Part shown: positions 14,217-53,956 of the stretch, piece after piece
Layout: each line of letters starts with the position of its first letter
How positions within the stretch are numbered: the stretch's first letter is position 1
From: Amoebidium appalachense
Lineage: Eukaryota; Protista; Ichthyosporea
Direction: 5' to 3'
Assembly: GCA_963693365.1 (NCBI GenBank)
Contig: CAVNZM010000014.1
Span: 2,604,001-2,668,000, forward strand
DNA: 64,000 nt
Notes under the pieces: generated by a model
The model's database searches: none
Told to the model about the DNA's origin: nothing
Seen by the model: the letters and a program-made list of their open reading frames with translations, nothing else
Made by a program: the position numbers and the translations under genes

Positions 14217-14728
14217 CTCCCCCCCCCCACCCCACACACACACACCTCTCCCCCCCCCCCCCCCCCCCACCCCACACACACACCTCTCCCCCCTCCCCCC
14301 ACCCCACACACACACACACCTCTCCCCACCCCCCACCCCACACACCCACACACCTCTCCCCCCCCCACCCCCACCCCACACACACACACACCTCTCCCCA
14401 CCCCCCGCCCCCCCACCCCACACACACACACACCTCTCCCCACCCCACCCCCACCCCACACACACACACCTCTCCCCCCCCCCCCCACACACACACACCT
14501 CTCCCCACCTCCCCCCACCCCCCCCACACACACACCTCTCCCCATCCCCCCCACCCCACACACACACACACCTCCCCCCCCCCCCCCCCCCCACACACAC
14601 AAACACCTCTCTCCCCCCCCCCCCCACCCCACACACACACACACTCTCCCCCCCTCCCCCCCACACACACTGCACACACACCTCTCCCCACCCCCCCCCC
14701 CCCACCCCACACACACACACACCCCCCC

Positions 14729-14759
<31 letters not shown>

Positions 14760-15322
14760 CTCTCCCCACCCCCCCCCCCCCCCCCCCACACACACACACC
14801 CTCTCCCCACCCCCCCCCCCCCCATTCCACACACACACTCACCTCTCCCCCCCCCCCCCCCCCCACCCCACACACACACACACCTCTCCCCTCCCCCCCA
14901 CCCCACACACACACACCTCTCCCCACCCCCCCCCCCCACCCCACACACACATACCTCTCCCCACCCCCCCCACCCCACATACACACACACCTCTCTCCCC
15001 CCCCCCCCCCCCCACACACCCCACACACACACACCTCTCCCCACCACCCCCCCACCCCACACACACACACACCTCTCCCCCCCACCCCCCACCCCCCACA
15101 CACACACACCCCTCCCCCCCCCCCCCCCCCACCCCACACACACACACCTCTCCCCCGCCCCCCCCCACCCCACACACACACACCCCCCCCCCCCCCCCCC
15201 CACCCCACACACACACACCCTCCCCCACCCCCCCACCCCACACACACACACACCTATCCCCCCCCCCCACCACCCCCCACACACACACACACCCCCCCCC
15301 CCCCCCCCCACACACACACACC

Positions 15323-15353
<31 letters not shown>

Positions 15354-15372
15354 CTCTCCCCACCCCCCCCCC

Positions 15373-15403
<31 letters not shown>

Positions 15404-15410
15404 CGCTCCC

Positions 15411-15478
<68 letters not shown>

Positions 15479-15530
15479 ACCCCACACACACACACACCTC
15501 TCCCCACCACCCCCCACTCCACACACACAA
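12565..15530. repeat. ~3 kb compound C/CA satellite
   Basis: Degenerate ~30-bp unit CCCC(AC)nCTCT-Cn repeated throughout; almost no G on the + strand. Confidence 0.9.
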
Positions 15531-15573
15531 ACCCTCAAACACGCACACGTGCACTCTCCCCCTCCCTCCGCCT

Positions 15574-15616
<43 letters not shown>

Positions 15617-15714
15617 ACCGTATGCTTGCTTTTCCGATGGTGAGCACACCGCTTCGTCAGTCTGGCTTTCAGCCGCGGCTCCCCCCCCCCCCCCCCCCAC
15701 CACCACCTCCTCAT

Positions 15715-15759
<45 letters not shown>

Positions 15760-16275
15760 CCCCCCCCGTCGCCCTATGTTCCACACCCTTCCGTCACTTC
15801 CACACACCCACCATAACACATGTACATAGTGTGGGCCCTGTAACCAACGTGGACCGGCATCATGCCAGTGTAGCACAGATACAGTCACACTGGATGTGAT
15901 TGGCTTATTTGGCAGCAATGATGTCTATATGACGTCAGTACTGGCCCATGTCAAGTGTTTGATTGGCATTGCCTATATATTGTGTGTTGCAGGTGTGGCT
16001 AATATTATCAATATAGGAAAATGTGACGATTGTTTTTATAATGCGACTAAAAAAAATCGGAATGTGGGTTTGGATCCCGTTTACTAAAAATCCAGCGTTG
16101 ACATATAAGGGAATTGGGTAGACACACCGACAATGATTGAAGTCTTATGACCGTACACTTTTCTTCGAAAATTTTTAGTGTGTCAAGTTACTAAAGTTAT
16201 CGAACACCGCTTTCAATAAAAATGTACCGAAAAAGGAACCTGTGAGTAATGTACATGTCGGGCACTGCCGTGTGA

Positions 16276-16276
<1 letters not shown>

Positions 16277-16346
<70 letters not shown>

Positions 16347-16355
16347 TGTGTATGT

Positions 16356-16416
<61 letters not shown>

Positions 16417-16425
16417 TGTGTATGT

Positions 16426-16498
<73 letters not shown>

Positions 16499-16507
16499 TG
16501 TGTATGT

Positions 16508-16546
<39 letters not shown>

Positions 16547-16682
16547 TGTGTCACGGTGTGTGTCAGTGTGTCCGTCTCGATGTGTGTGTCAGTGTGTGTG
16601 TTTGTGGAAGATTGTGTGTCTCCCAGTCGGACGTCCGGTACGGTGGACCAGGGGTGTGTGTGTGTGTATCTGTGTGTGTGCG

Positions 16683-16725
<43 letters not shown>

Positions 16726-16802
16726 ATGTGTCCGTCTCGGGATGTGTGTTTGTGTGCGTGCGTGCATGTCTGTGTCCGGCGCTGTGTGTGTGCGTGTACA
16801 TG

Positions 16803-16874
<72 letters not shown>

Positions 16875-17083
16875 ACCCCGTTTTGTTCCCGGAGGGGCTC
16901 CTTGGGCCCTCAGGGGGAACTACCGTCTTCCACCCAGCACCGACAGTACTCTAGCTACATAGGGTGCTACGGTATTATTAGCTAAGCTAACACACCCATA
17001 ACAACCCTAACTATTTGCACACACTTTGCCCAGGGTATTCACCCCAGCCACGCCGGTGGGTAAGTGTGTGTGTGTGTCTGTGT

Positions 17084-17151
<68 letters not shown>

Positions 17152-17242
17152 TGTGCGTGCGCGCGCACATGTGCGTTTGTGTGTGCGCGCGTGTGTGCGC
17201 GCGCGTGTGTGCGCGCGCCTGTGTGCGCGTGTGTATGTGTGT
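16277..17242. repeat. (GT)n microsatellite cluster
   Basis: Long interrupted (TG)n arrays. Confidence 0.9.
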
Positions 17243-18175
17243 GTTCCGGAAGGTTGGGGGTGGGGAGGAGCTTAGCCTAGAGACGGCCTGGGGAATACAT
17301 AGAAGGGGGGTTGGGGGGAGGGGGGAGGGGGTGGGGAGGGGGGGGGGGTGGGGGTGAGCGGTTCAACTTGGGTAGCTACACGTTTTACTGGTGTCTAGAA
17401 AATCCGGCCGAGTGACGGGGAAAGATATGCCATCCTTCGACGATCTGCAGACGATTATCATATGTAGTCACTCGGATAGAAATAGTGTTAGGGTGAACAC
17501 ATGTGATGATGGTAGGACAATTCAGGCAGACAGGACTCAGCATAGTTTTGCCAGTGAGCCACATTCGAGCACAATGTTTTATCTTGCGCCATAAAATTTT
17601 TGTAGCCCATCATGAGCCTCGATGAGAGTTGCTTTTTTATGTGCAACCAAGATTATGCCATCTATGCCATTTGTTTTGAATCGATACAGTATCAGTCACC
17701 AGTCATTGATTTTCTATGTCTTAGAGTTTCGAGTGATAAAGCAGATTATAACCAGTGAGTTTGCTGTCTAATAGTTGTCTCCACACGTATGTATGTAGGT
17801 ATAATATAAACCAATCAACGTTGAGAATTCTTTCACATGGTGGATGATTGGATCGCATTCCACAGATCATCGGTCCATGTGCCTGTGTAAACCAAAAAGA
17901 CAAACCCAAAAGAGACGAATGTATAGTCATTTTTCGATCACACAGATTTTTGATTATAAAAACATTAACATTTATACTGTTCACTTCAACCATATTCCTC
18001 ATTTATCTGCACACAGAAACCGGATGGCGGGAGTTGCCAGGTCACGAGTACCACCCCATGTAGAAATCGAAACTTTGGTAAGCCCAGGTTTCAACAGGAG
18101 TATAAATGCTCGCACAACCCGGCGCTCATATCGCCACTCACTTTTTAGGGCTGCAGTCGAAGAATCTCCATCAAA

Positions 18176-18260
18176 ATGAACTTCCTTCTGACCGTCGCCG
18201 CCGTTGTTGGCGTTGCCGCTGCCGCCACCCCCGCTCAGGACACCAAGAGCGCGCGCGCGC

Positions 18261-18291
<31 letters not shown>

Positions 18292-18309
18292 AACACACAC
18301 AAACACACA

Positions 18310-18342
<33 letters not shown>

Positions 18343-18349
18343 CACATGA
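18176..18349 (+). pseudogene. Truncated paralogue of the Cys-rich secreted gene
   Basis: 18176-18250 encodes [25 protein letters not shown] versus [25 protein letters not shown] of gene 1; TATAAAT at 18101; frame runs into (GC)n(AC)n and stops at TGA 18347-18349; no GT donor at the break. Confidence 0.8.
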
Positions 18350-18459
18350 CACATGCACAAACACACACACATGCATAATTTTTACACACACACACACACA
18401 CACATACACACACATGCTCACACACGTGCACGCACACATACACCGTCACACACACACGC

Positions 18460-18574
<115 letters not shown>

Positions 18575-19009
18575 TTCTTGAAGAGCCGCATTCTAATCTC
18601 TGGCAAATTTCTGTGTATGGCTCTGAAAATTCTTGATAAAAACTAGCGCCAGCTCCTCCCCCCCCCTCACCCCCTACCCCCCCCCCCCCCCCCTCCCCCC
18701 CCCCCCCCCTCCCCCCTCCCCCCCCCCCCCCCCCCCCCCCCCCATCACCACCCTTTTGGAAGGCTCCGCCAGGCTCGTTTCCCACTGCATTGCAACAGAG
18801 CCACATGCACCGAGCCTCTGAATTTTCTTATTCATAGAGAAACGAAGGGTTCGCGAACGTCGTGACCGGATACTGAGCTAGTAGATACGAAGAACAATGC
18901 ATTATTTAGACTGGCCGTGCCATATTTCTACTTTTTTAGTTGGTCTATAATAACTTATATATATGGAAAGTGTTTGGATATGCCTAAAAACAGACATGCG
19001 TATATGTTG

Positions 19010-19714
19010 TGTAAACATGGTTGTGTACTGTATGTTGTCGGACGGACTACGGGAGTCGCGCCTTGTACAGTTAGTCGCGCGTACTGGCCAATCAAAATGG
19101 TTGGTCAGGAAGCGGCTGACGCCGCAATCGCATGGCGAACTGCGCAGCAGTCTCGGCTATTGTAGATACAATCGGATTGGATGCATGCTCGGATCCAGTT
19201 TTGTGGGTGCCGAGGTTAGTCCGATCTCAAGATTGACACAATCCACATGATCAGTGTCTGCCTACACACTATGATACACAACCAAATTTACATTGGCGAC
19301 CGCGGCAGGACCCAAGGGGGCTGTTGGTCGGAGGGCCACGCCTGTATAACCTTGGGTGGAGCAGTTCGCGGGCTGCTACGACCTTGCTGGTGGGGTGTAG
19401 CGCGCGACTGGCCCAACGGGAGGGGGAGATGTAAACATGGTTGTGTATGTTGTCGGACGGACTACGGGAGTCGCGCCCTGTTGTTAGTCGCGCGTACTGG
19501 CCAATCAAATGGTTTTTCAGGAAGCGGCTGTTAAAAGCACCACAATCGCATGGCGAACTGCCCCTGGGTAGGCCGGCAGTCTCGGCTAGATACGATCAGA
19601 TTGGATACATGCCTGGATCCAGTTTTGTGGGTGCCGAGATTAGTCCGATCTCAAGATTGACACAATCCACATGATCAGTGTCTGCCTCCGCTATGATGCA
19701 CAACCAAATTTACA
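19010..19714 (+). mobile_element. TRIM-type non-autonomous LTR retrotransposon, 705 bp
   Basis: 5' LTR 19010-19292 and 3' LTR 19430-19714, both TG...CA with ~18-bp terminal inverted repeats; PBS TGGCGACCGCGGCAGGAC 19294-19311; PPT GGGAGGGGGAGA 19418-19429; TSD GTTG at 19006-19009 and 19715-19718. Confidence 0.92.
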
Positions 19715-21217
19715 GTTGGCCGACTCTCGAAAAGGTTCATTAAGAGCTCGGGACTCACCTCACGGTGTGCATGCACCACGGTGTCCGTGCTTACAGTAAA
19801 CGTAATCCCAAACCAAACAAAAAAACAAAACACGAAAAAAAACAAAGAAAGAAAGGAAGAAAGAAAAGGAAAAAACGTAATCGAGTCACGCACCAGTGGT
19901 GGCCCGAACCTTCAAGAAACCGTGCTTTTGATCCAGGCCAGGGTTCGAACGCGTTCCAAGTCGAAGCATGCCATCCCGCCCGTGATTGCGATAGATCCAT
20001 CCAGGGACCCTAACCTTCGCCTTTGAAACACACAACTCTAAAAATATATTACGAAAAATGTGGCAGAAAAAAAATAAAATAGAAAAATCGATGTTAATGG
20101 GTGGATTTAAACCGCCATACTTATCAATAAATTTGTTCGAGTTGAAATTGGCAACTTGAAGTATGCCAATCGATCATCGCATCGTCATCATGTGCGGACG
20201 ATGATCATTTTTGCCATCCAGATCCGGGCCAGTTTTACGAATCTATATCACCAGTAAAAACATGTCATGCGGCCACGCCTGCAACCATGTACATATATTT
20301 GCCCTTTTACATATCGTTCGTGTATTATTTGATTCGAAAGAACACACGTGTGCTCCGTTCTTGTGTATATGGACACGCCGAGTAACTACAGTTTATTGTA
20401 GGTGCCTGCGGTTCCAGGCTGTGAAATTGCGTATGGCCACAGGCACAAACCTGCCAATCAAAATCTTCCCAAAGATCTAAGAGCGTCGTTTAGAAATAAC
20501 ATACCTGAAACCTAACTACTAACATACCGTTTTCCTTTATTTCCTCCCTTCAAAAAGCTAAAAAGATACAGTCTGCGGTGAGTATGTAATCATCACGTCA
20601 TGATCAGACTCCTGCTTCAGAAAAAGCGCCACCAGAGAGGGGCAAATATCACGGCCAGCGCTACAACGAAAAGAAGCATGCAGTGTTGTATATTCAAAGA
20701 AATAGCTTTGAGGATTTTGTAGTGAACATATCGGCTTTTTAAACGAATGTCAAAACTATAAAGTCGTTGCTAAGCTTTCAATTTTATGATCTGTAGCATT
20801 TGTTGTGAATCAGTTCAGGCTTAGATTAACAAAATCACGGTATTTACATCGCTCGTCATAAAATTCCTGCCCGATGACAATCATGATGTGACATTGTGGC
20901 CAATGCCATCAATAAAAAAAAAAAAGTCGAACTACCGTCAACGGACTCAAGAGAAATGGATAAAAGATGGCTGGACCCTTTGGTAAAAGAAAACAGATTT
21001 TCTTTGAAAAACCCGATAAAAAGATGCAACAACACTCGACATTAAAACAGAAATAAATGTTCTTCGCCTATTGTTTTTCTCAAACAGCTTTCGTGTTCAC
21101 TAGAAGGTAGCAGAAACACAGGCCATCCATTTGTTTGCTTTCGCTAGAAATTGCCCTCCCTCAAGTAAGCCATACCCATAAAAGGAAAGCACTGGCAGCC
21201 TCAGTAACCTCACATCG

Positions 21218-21224
21218 TATAAAA
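21218..21224 (+). promoter_or_regulatory. TATA box of Cys-rich secreted gene 2
   Basis: TATAAAA 80 nt before ATG 21298. Confidence 0.6.
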
Positions 21225-21297
21225 CCACCTACGCCTCTCCATTTACTTCACTTCCTCACTCTTCAAGTCAGGTGGTAGCCAAACAACTTCTTCCAAA

Positions 21298-21921
21298 ATG
21301 AAGTTCCTTGCAGTGACTCTCGCCGCCCTTGTCGGCGCCGCCTCCGCCGCCACGACCAGCTCTTTCGTGAGCTGCAAGGATAAGGTGCCGTGTCTCGTGT
21401 ACCACATGGACCCCAAGATCAACAAGATCATTGCCCGCTGCAAGCCCAACAACCCCACCACCACCATGCCCTGCAATGAGGCCTTCTGCTGCGCTGTCCC
21501 CGTGCCCAAGCCCGTCCCATGCGACCCGACCGTCAAGTGCGACTTCGGCTACTCCAAAACCAATAACACGTGCATTGCCACAAATATAACCACCCCTTGC
21601 ACCGAGGCCTACTGCTGCAAGCCCAAGTCTCCGACTCCGCAGCCTTGCTCGGTGGCTTTCCCGTTGCCCGCCTGCCCGTATGGTTATGCTAACGTTAACT
21701 GCCCCCTGATCTACAGCTCGACGGCTACGTGCACCGCTGATTGGTGCTGCAAGCCCAAGCCCCCCCCACCCAACCCCAACCTGATGGACTGCGCAAAGAA
21801 CGGTGTTGTGTGCAAGGTGTACAACAAGGACCCTAAGACCCATGGCAACATGCGCTGCAAGAATGTCACCTGGGCCACCACTTCACCGTGCACCCAGAAG
21901 TACTGCTGCACTGTTGTTTAA
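21298..21921 (+). CDS. Secreted Cys-rich repeat protein, 207 aa, four 6-Cys modules, intronless
   Basis: Signal peptide MKFLAVTLAALVGAASA; SSFVSC...DPK...IIARCKPN...PC-EA-CCAVP shared with gene 1; four modules ending C-x4-CC. Confidence 0.9.
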   Translation: MKFLAVTLAALVGAASAATTSSFVSCKDKVPCLVYHMDPKINKIIARCKPNNPTTTMPCNEAFCCAVPVPKPVPCDPTVKCDFGYSKTNNTCIATNITTPCTEAYCCKPKSPTPQPCSVAFPLPACPYGYANVNCPLIYSSTATCTADWCCKPKPPPPNPNLMDCAKNGVVCKVYNKDPKTHGNMRCKNVTWATTSPCTQKYCCTVV

Positions 21922-22816
21922 GGCATTTAGCACTTAAAGTGGCGCATTTTTTTGGGTTAAGCGACTGGGGGCGGTTGTCACAAAGAATAAGGTGGCTGTA
22001 TAATTAATGCCTGGTGCATGTTACAGTATACCAGCTTGCCAAGAAGAACTTGATTTGTTCGTTGTCTAAGTATGTAAATGTCTGACCAGGTGTAATTACA
22101 GCCGGTAATGTGACAACTTTTTGTAAAAAATGATATTTTGTGAAATGATCGATTAACACGCCTTAATTGTTATACCCGATCCTCTACGTATACGTACACT
22201 GTAGTGTGTACACAACTATCTATGCGCCTGGCTTTCAAAGCCGAAGCCATCGATATAGTTCCTAATAAATTCGAAATATATCATCTTTTTCAAAGTTTTG
22301 ACCACGACTGTTATGTTTACCAACTTGCTGTCCAGTCACTGACCATATTCACGTGCGCATGCCGGCGCCGGGTACAAGTTTACTACGCTTTTTCAAGTTT
22401 GCACATTTGCCTTGTGATATTATGGTCAGTCCAATTGAATCACGTGAGGATGGCATTATGCTTGCAAGTATGGGAATTACCCTGTCCGCACCAATGTAAA
22501 ACTCACATATATAACCGCTTCAACCTCCTGGCTGTCAGAGCACAAGTAATCAATACAAACGAGCCATAATAGTGGTACATATAAATTCCAGGCTCAGTGC
22601 AGTCTTGCATCACGTGCTATGGGATGTACGTCCCACTAGAGCTGTGGTGTGCCACGGATACTACAGAGTGGCTTCTGAAATTTATTTTAGAACGGTAATC
22701 TATGGGTGCTATGCACTCCAAACTAAGTAAGGCCCCAAAAGGCGTCTTTTGGGCCACTCCAGTTTTGATATACAATGTGACGGTATGTGTGTGTGTGCAA
22801 GCGTGTGCGGCTGCGG

Positions 22817-22848
<32 letters not shown>

Positions 22849-23014
22849 GTTTTTGGGAGGCTTTGGGTTCGGCAGGGGGGGGGGGGGGGGGGGGGGTAAA
22901 TACCCGTTAGCACTGGGGTTGTAGTGGGCAAGAGGTTGTGAGAGGGAGCGAGAAAGACAGAGGGAATGATCTAGGGACGGGGGGGGGGGGGGGGGAGGGG
23001 GAGGGGGGGGGGGG

Positions 23015-23085
<71 letters not shown>

Positions 23086-23406
23086 TGGTTGTGCATTGTG
23101 CTACACTGCTTGTGTACACATGTGTGCACGTGTGTGTGATGTAATACCATGTATGGGTGTGAAACTTGGGCCGGTGGCAGCTTGATTCAGTGACTATAGA
23201 CCTTGAAATCTTAACTTTGCGGCAATGCGCAGATCCGCCTGTACGTGTATACTCTTGCTATGATACAATCATGGTGTACATGTGGTATTGCAGGCTTGCA
23301 GGATTCTCGTGTGCTGAGACTCTAGGGCCTTGTGCCGGTGTGCTGTGCATTCATTTGTGTGCACAAAGGTTGCCTCGTGTACCATGCATCATAGCATGAA
23401 TGTCAT

Positions 23407-23465
<59 letters not shown>

Positions 23466-23873
23466 TGTGTGTGTGTCTGTGCGTGTGTGTGCGCGTGTGT
23501 GTGCGTGACTGTGCATGTACGTGCGCGTGTGTGCGTGCGTGTGCGTGACTGTGCGTGTACTTGTGCGTGTGCGTGTGTGTGTGTGTGTACGCGCGTGCAT
23601 GCGTGCGCATACGGCTGATGCACACCAGCATGCAAGGACTCTTGGCTGCTAATTCAAGTCTTCAGTGGCCATCGAAGAATCGAGCCCTGCAGGCATGGGC
23701 ACATGTACCATGCTAAAAGACACTTAGGATAAGGGGTGATCGTAATTGCAGGCTCGGTGTTTGATCCACATATGCATAATTTTCATATACGCAGCATCAT
23801 GTGTGGCGCTGAACGAGATCAATCACGCCCGTGATCAAGTTGGTCAACAACTCAGAGAATAGTATTTATGCTC

Positions 23874-23915
<42 letters not shown>

Positions 23916-24202
23916 TTTTCCCGGGGTCCGGATCCCTGCCTGGGGTCCGGATCCCTGCCTGTCGGCGCCTGCCGGCCTGCCTGCCCGCCCCAACCTCCGC
24001 ATCCCCCCACTCACGGTCACAGTCACGTAATCACTGGCACCAAAGCAAAAAAAAAATTAAACACGCTTGCGCAATCATTGAGCTATTAGTAAACGGTAAT
24101 TCAAGCACACCACTGCGGCCAATTCCAATTGCAAGGGTTTCACAGGAAGGAGCAGGAGGGTCTAGCTAGATAGGTTTTGGGTGGGTGGGTGGGTGGGTGG
24201 GT

Positions 24203-24247
<45 letters not shown>

Positions 24248-24427
24248 AAATGGTGGCTTACGGTCTAAAGGCAGCTGTGTGGCTCGAAGTGCAAGCCCCC
24301 CCCCCCCCCCCCCTCCCCGGGGGCCCTCGAGGATCCCCCCCCCCCCCCCCCCCCCACCCCACCCCCTCCCCCCTCCCTGGCCCCTCGGCAGAGGACGTAA
24401 ACCCAGCATAGTACTTAGGGAGAGCCT

Positions 24428-24460
<33 letters not shown>

Positions 24461-24798
24461 CCAAGCAAAGGGGAGGGCCGGTGAGGAGAGTCAGGAGGGA
24501 ACGGAAGGGGTGCTTACGGTTCGATCGTCATGCGGCTGGTGATTAAGAGCCCCCCCCCCCAACCCCCCCACCACCACCCACCCCACCCCACCCTTTCCTC
24601 CCCTCGCGCTGTTTCAGATTCTCCGATATGCTGGTACACCAATACTCGACTCGCACGAACTCACACCAATCGATGTGGGTTTGTGTGTACGTGTGCCTGT
24701 GCGTTTTAGTGGCCGTGTGAAGGTTGGAGCTCGAGCTGCAAAGCATGCCACACTACGAGCGTGATTGTAACACTTCTGTGTTCCTCTCTCTCTCCCTC

Positions 24799-24852
<54 letters not shown>

Positions 24853-25184
24853 CCTCCCCCCCCCCTCCCTCTCCCTCTCCCTCTCTCTCTCTGTGTGGTT
24901 GTGTGTGCACGCTGGGTAGACAGGGCATCGGGAGGAAGGAGAGAGAGTGGGGAGGGGCCCCGGGGTGGGAAAGGGGGGGGGGGGGGGGAGAGAGGAGGCA
25001 ACGGTGCCTCACAAGAAAGCTCCTTGTCGAATTATTTCACCGGCAGTTTATTTGTTTCTGGTACATTCCATTATACGTCCTTGTTTTTGTGTGTCCATTC
25101 ACCACACAAGCAAAAAACGTGGCAACATATTCACAACCACAGCAATGAGAACAAGAATGCCATGCACGAAACGAATGTTGGGTG

Positions 25185-25216
<32 letters not shown>

Positions 25217-25521
25217 GGCGGTGGCGGTGGCGGTGGTGATGGTGGGGGGGGGGGGGGGGGGGGGGGTTCGTATGGAAGGAAATTATGCCAGTACCCCAAT
25301 TATTATTAATCAATTTACTGTGTTGAGTTATATCGCAGCTGCAAACCCCCTAGAGCCATAAAACGTTTCCTTCCACAAATTAATTCGCCGGCAACTTAAC
25401 TACACAGCTCTAGTGGTGGTGGGGATTTGTGCATAAAGCCCCTAAGAGAGTACACCATGGGTTGCATTCGTGCCCAGGAAGATACAGGAGAGGGAACGCC
25501 TGGCAATTTTCCGGGGGTTTT

Positions 25522-44410
<18,889 letters not shown>

Positions 44411-44540
44411 TCAAGGACTTTACAAAAAGGCCGGGCTACGTTTTACGTCTGCGGAGAAAAGGTCACAGCGTTTTTGCTGACCCAAAAAAATGCGGAAGGT
44501 ATTATTTATCTCTCGGTTTGATTGGCGGAATTATCATGCC

Positions 44541-45176
44541 CTCCCCTCTTTTCTTCCCTCTCCTCTCCTTCTTCCCCCGGCACAAATACAAATAAACCCC
44601 GCAAAAGTGTGCTTGTGACTTTGAACTGCCGTTTACTTATTAGACATGTACATAATCACATAATAATTACTCAATATAACAAATGGAAAAAGATACCACA
44701 AGACACTAGACCCAATGAAAGCATACACCTTGAAAAACTAAGCCTTATGTCTCGTTTTATATATAATGACCGCCTCAACCATATTGCCAAATATGGCACT
44801 CGCAAATGTGTAACACCTAAATACATATTACCTTCCTGTAGAATTGGTCTTTCTCTAGCTGATGGTATTATTGATCACTTACCACGCTTTTACTGTACAC
44901 GTGCTATACAGTGGAGATCTAATAAGTATAAGGTGGCATCATTTGCATGCCCAAACAACACACACACACACCAGTTTAAACGGTCATGTATCGCCAAATG
45001 TAGTTTGATAGACCACATAATACCGCAACACACACACGACACATTCACAACAGACACCCAGAAAGATAGCCTACCTGAAAATTACAACATCCTTGATTTT
45101 ATACTAAACACACGTAACTATGACATGTTTATTAGATGTATTGATTGGCTTGAGAAACACATCACTACAAAATTCT

Positions 45177-45248
<72 letters not shown>
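44541..45248 (+). mobile_element. 5'-truncated LINE copy (ORF2 C-terminus) followed by (CA)35
   Basis: 44581-44684 aligns without gaps to 63897-64000 of the full LINE (about 13 mismatches in 104 nt by hand count); frame open to TAG 45176-45178 with Cys-containing C-terminal motif CPNN...FKRSCIAKC; (CA)35 at 45179-45248; true 3' end and TSD not identified. Confidence 0.88.
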
Positions 45249-45250
<2 letters not shown>

Positions 45251-46279
45251 AGCTGATACCGAGTGTCCCAGGGGAGCCCGAAAAAAAAACAAAAAAAAAA
45301 AAAAAAACGGGGAACCCCACTAATTGATTTTTCTTAGTCTTTATGGTGCCTCGTAGAGAAAGTAAACCCTGATATATAATCATCACCCGACATTTATGTA
45401 CTTGATCATGACATACCGCTGAGGGGATACTCCGAGCAAAACCCCCCCATACCTGAGACTAGCCTCTCTTTGCCTCGAGTAAACAGCGTAAACCCTGGGT
45501 GCATGTGGCAACACCCCAACACAGCATCACCGTTCGTCCTTGATCAAGATACTGTACTACACTCAAAAGTCTAAACTTGTGGTTGGAAAGTTGCAAATAG
45601 GGATTCAGCATGAGCCAATGTATTTACTTTTCAAATTTTTTCGTTTTTTGGTCATCTTCGCTTCTTGCAACGCCACTGGGGAGCTGTAGCGTTTCGTTTT
45701 GGGTGACCATACGGATACATTTCCCGCAATTCATGTGGGCTTCAATGCATGCCATATGTTTATGTATACGTAGGGTTTCACGATCTCGAGGAAAAAGGAT
45801 GAATAAACAAGTGCTGTTACATGTACCCGCAGGTTGGTATTTCCAATTGTGAAGGGAAGAAACAACATAGTTTTTTCAAGAGCCCCGGGATGGTAGGCAG
45901 AAACTGAACGCTTTTTGTTGTGGGGATAGGTAAGCCTGCAATCCAATTCGCACTTGCTTCACGGACTCAGCATGTTGTAGGCTTGTCACCACGGTGAACT
46001 CTGTCGGGACGACCCCATTTTATTATAATAGTTTACAAGCTATCATTTGTGCTTCACATCTTGCATACAAGTACGAACTTCTACGAATATGTGCATTCAA
46101 CAGAAGGACACAATCATCAACGCCTTTAAAGCGTACACGATTGAACAATACTACACACATACAACAAACTTTCGAACAGCCTAGCATGGGTTGCACATTC
46201 CTATTTTTCCTGTTTGCCCTGAAATCCACCTGAAATCTCTTTTTGAATCTCTCGGAGATGATGCCTGGCTGCTGCTTGG

Positions 46280-53956
<7,677 letters not shown>

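Noticed and set aside
12016-15816. 1266-aa Pro/His/Thr ORF and overlapping Gly/Val/Cys ORFs
   Set aside because: Open in several frames on both strands only because the C/CA satellite has no stops; the same applies to most poly-P/G, HT, VC, LS and RE ORFs in the track
19920-19970. GGTTCGAAC B-box-like motif (tRNA/SINE)
   Set aside because: No cloverleaf or properly spaced A-box
22633-25416. 14-bp inverted repeat CCACTAGAGCTGTG / CACAGCTCTAGTGG suggesting a CACTA or hAT element
   Set aside because: No TSD under either boundary, and a 14-bp inverted match is expected by chance in 64 kb
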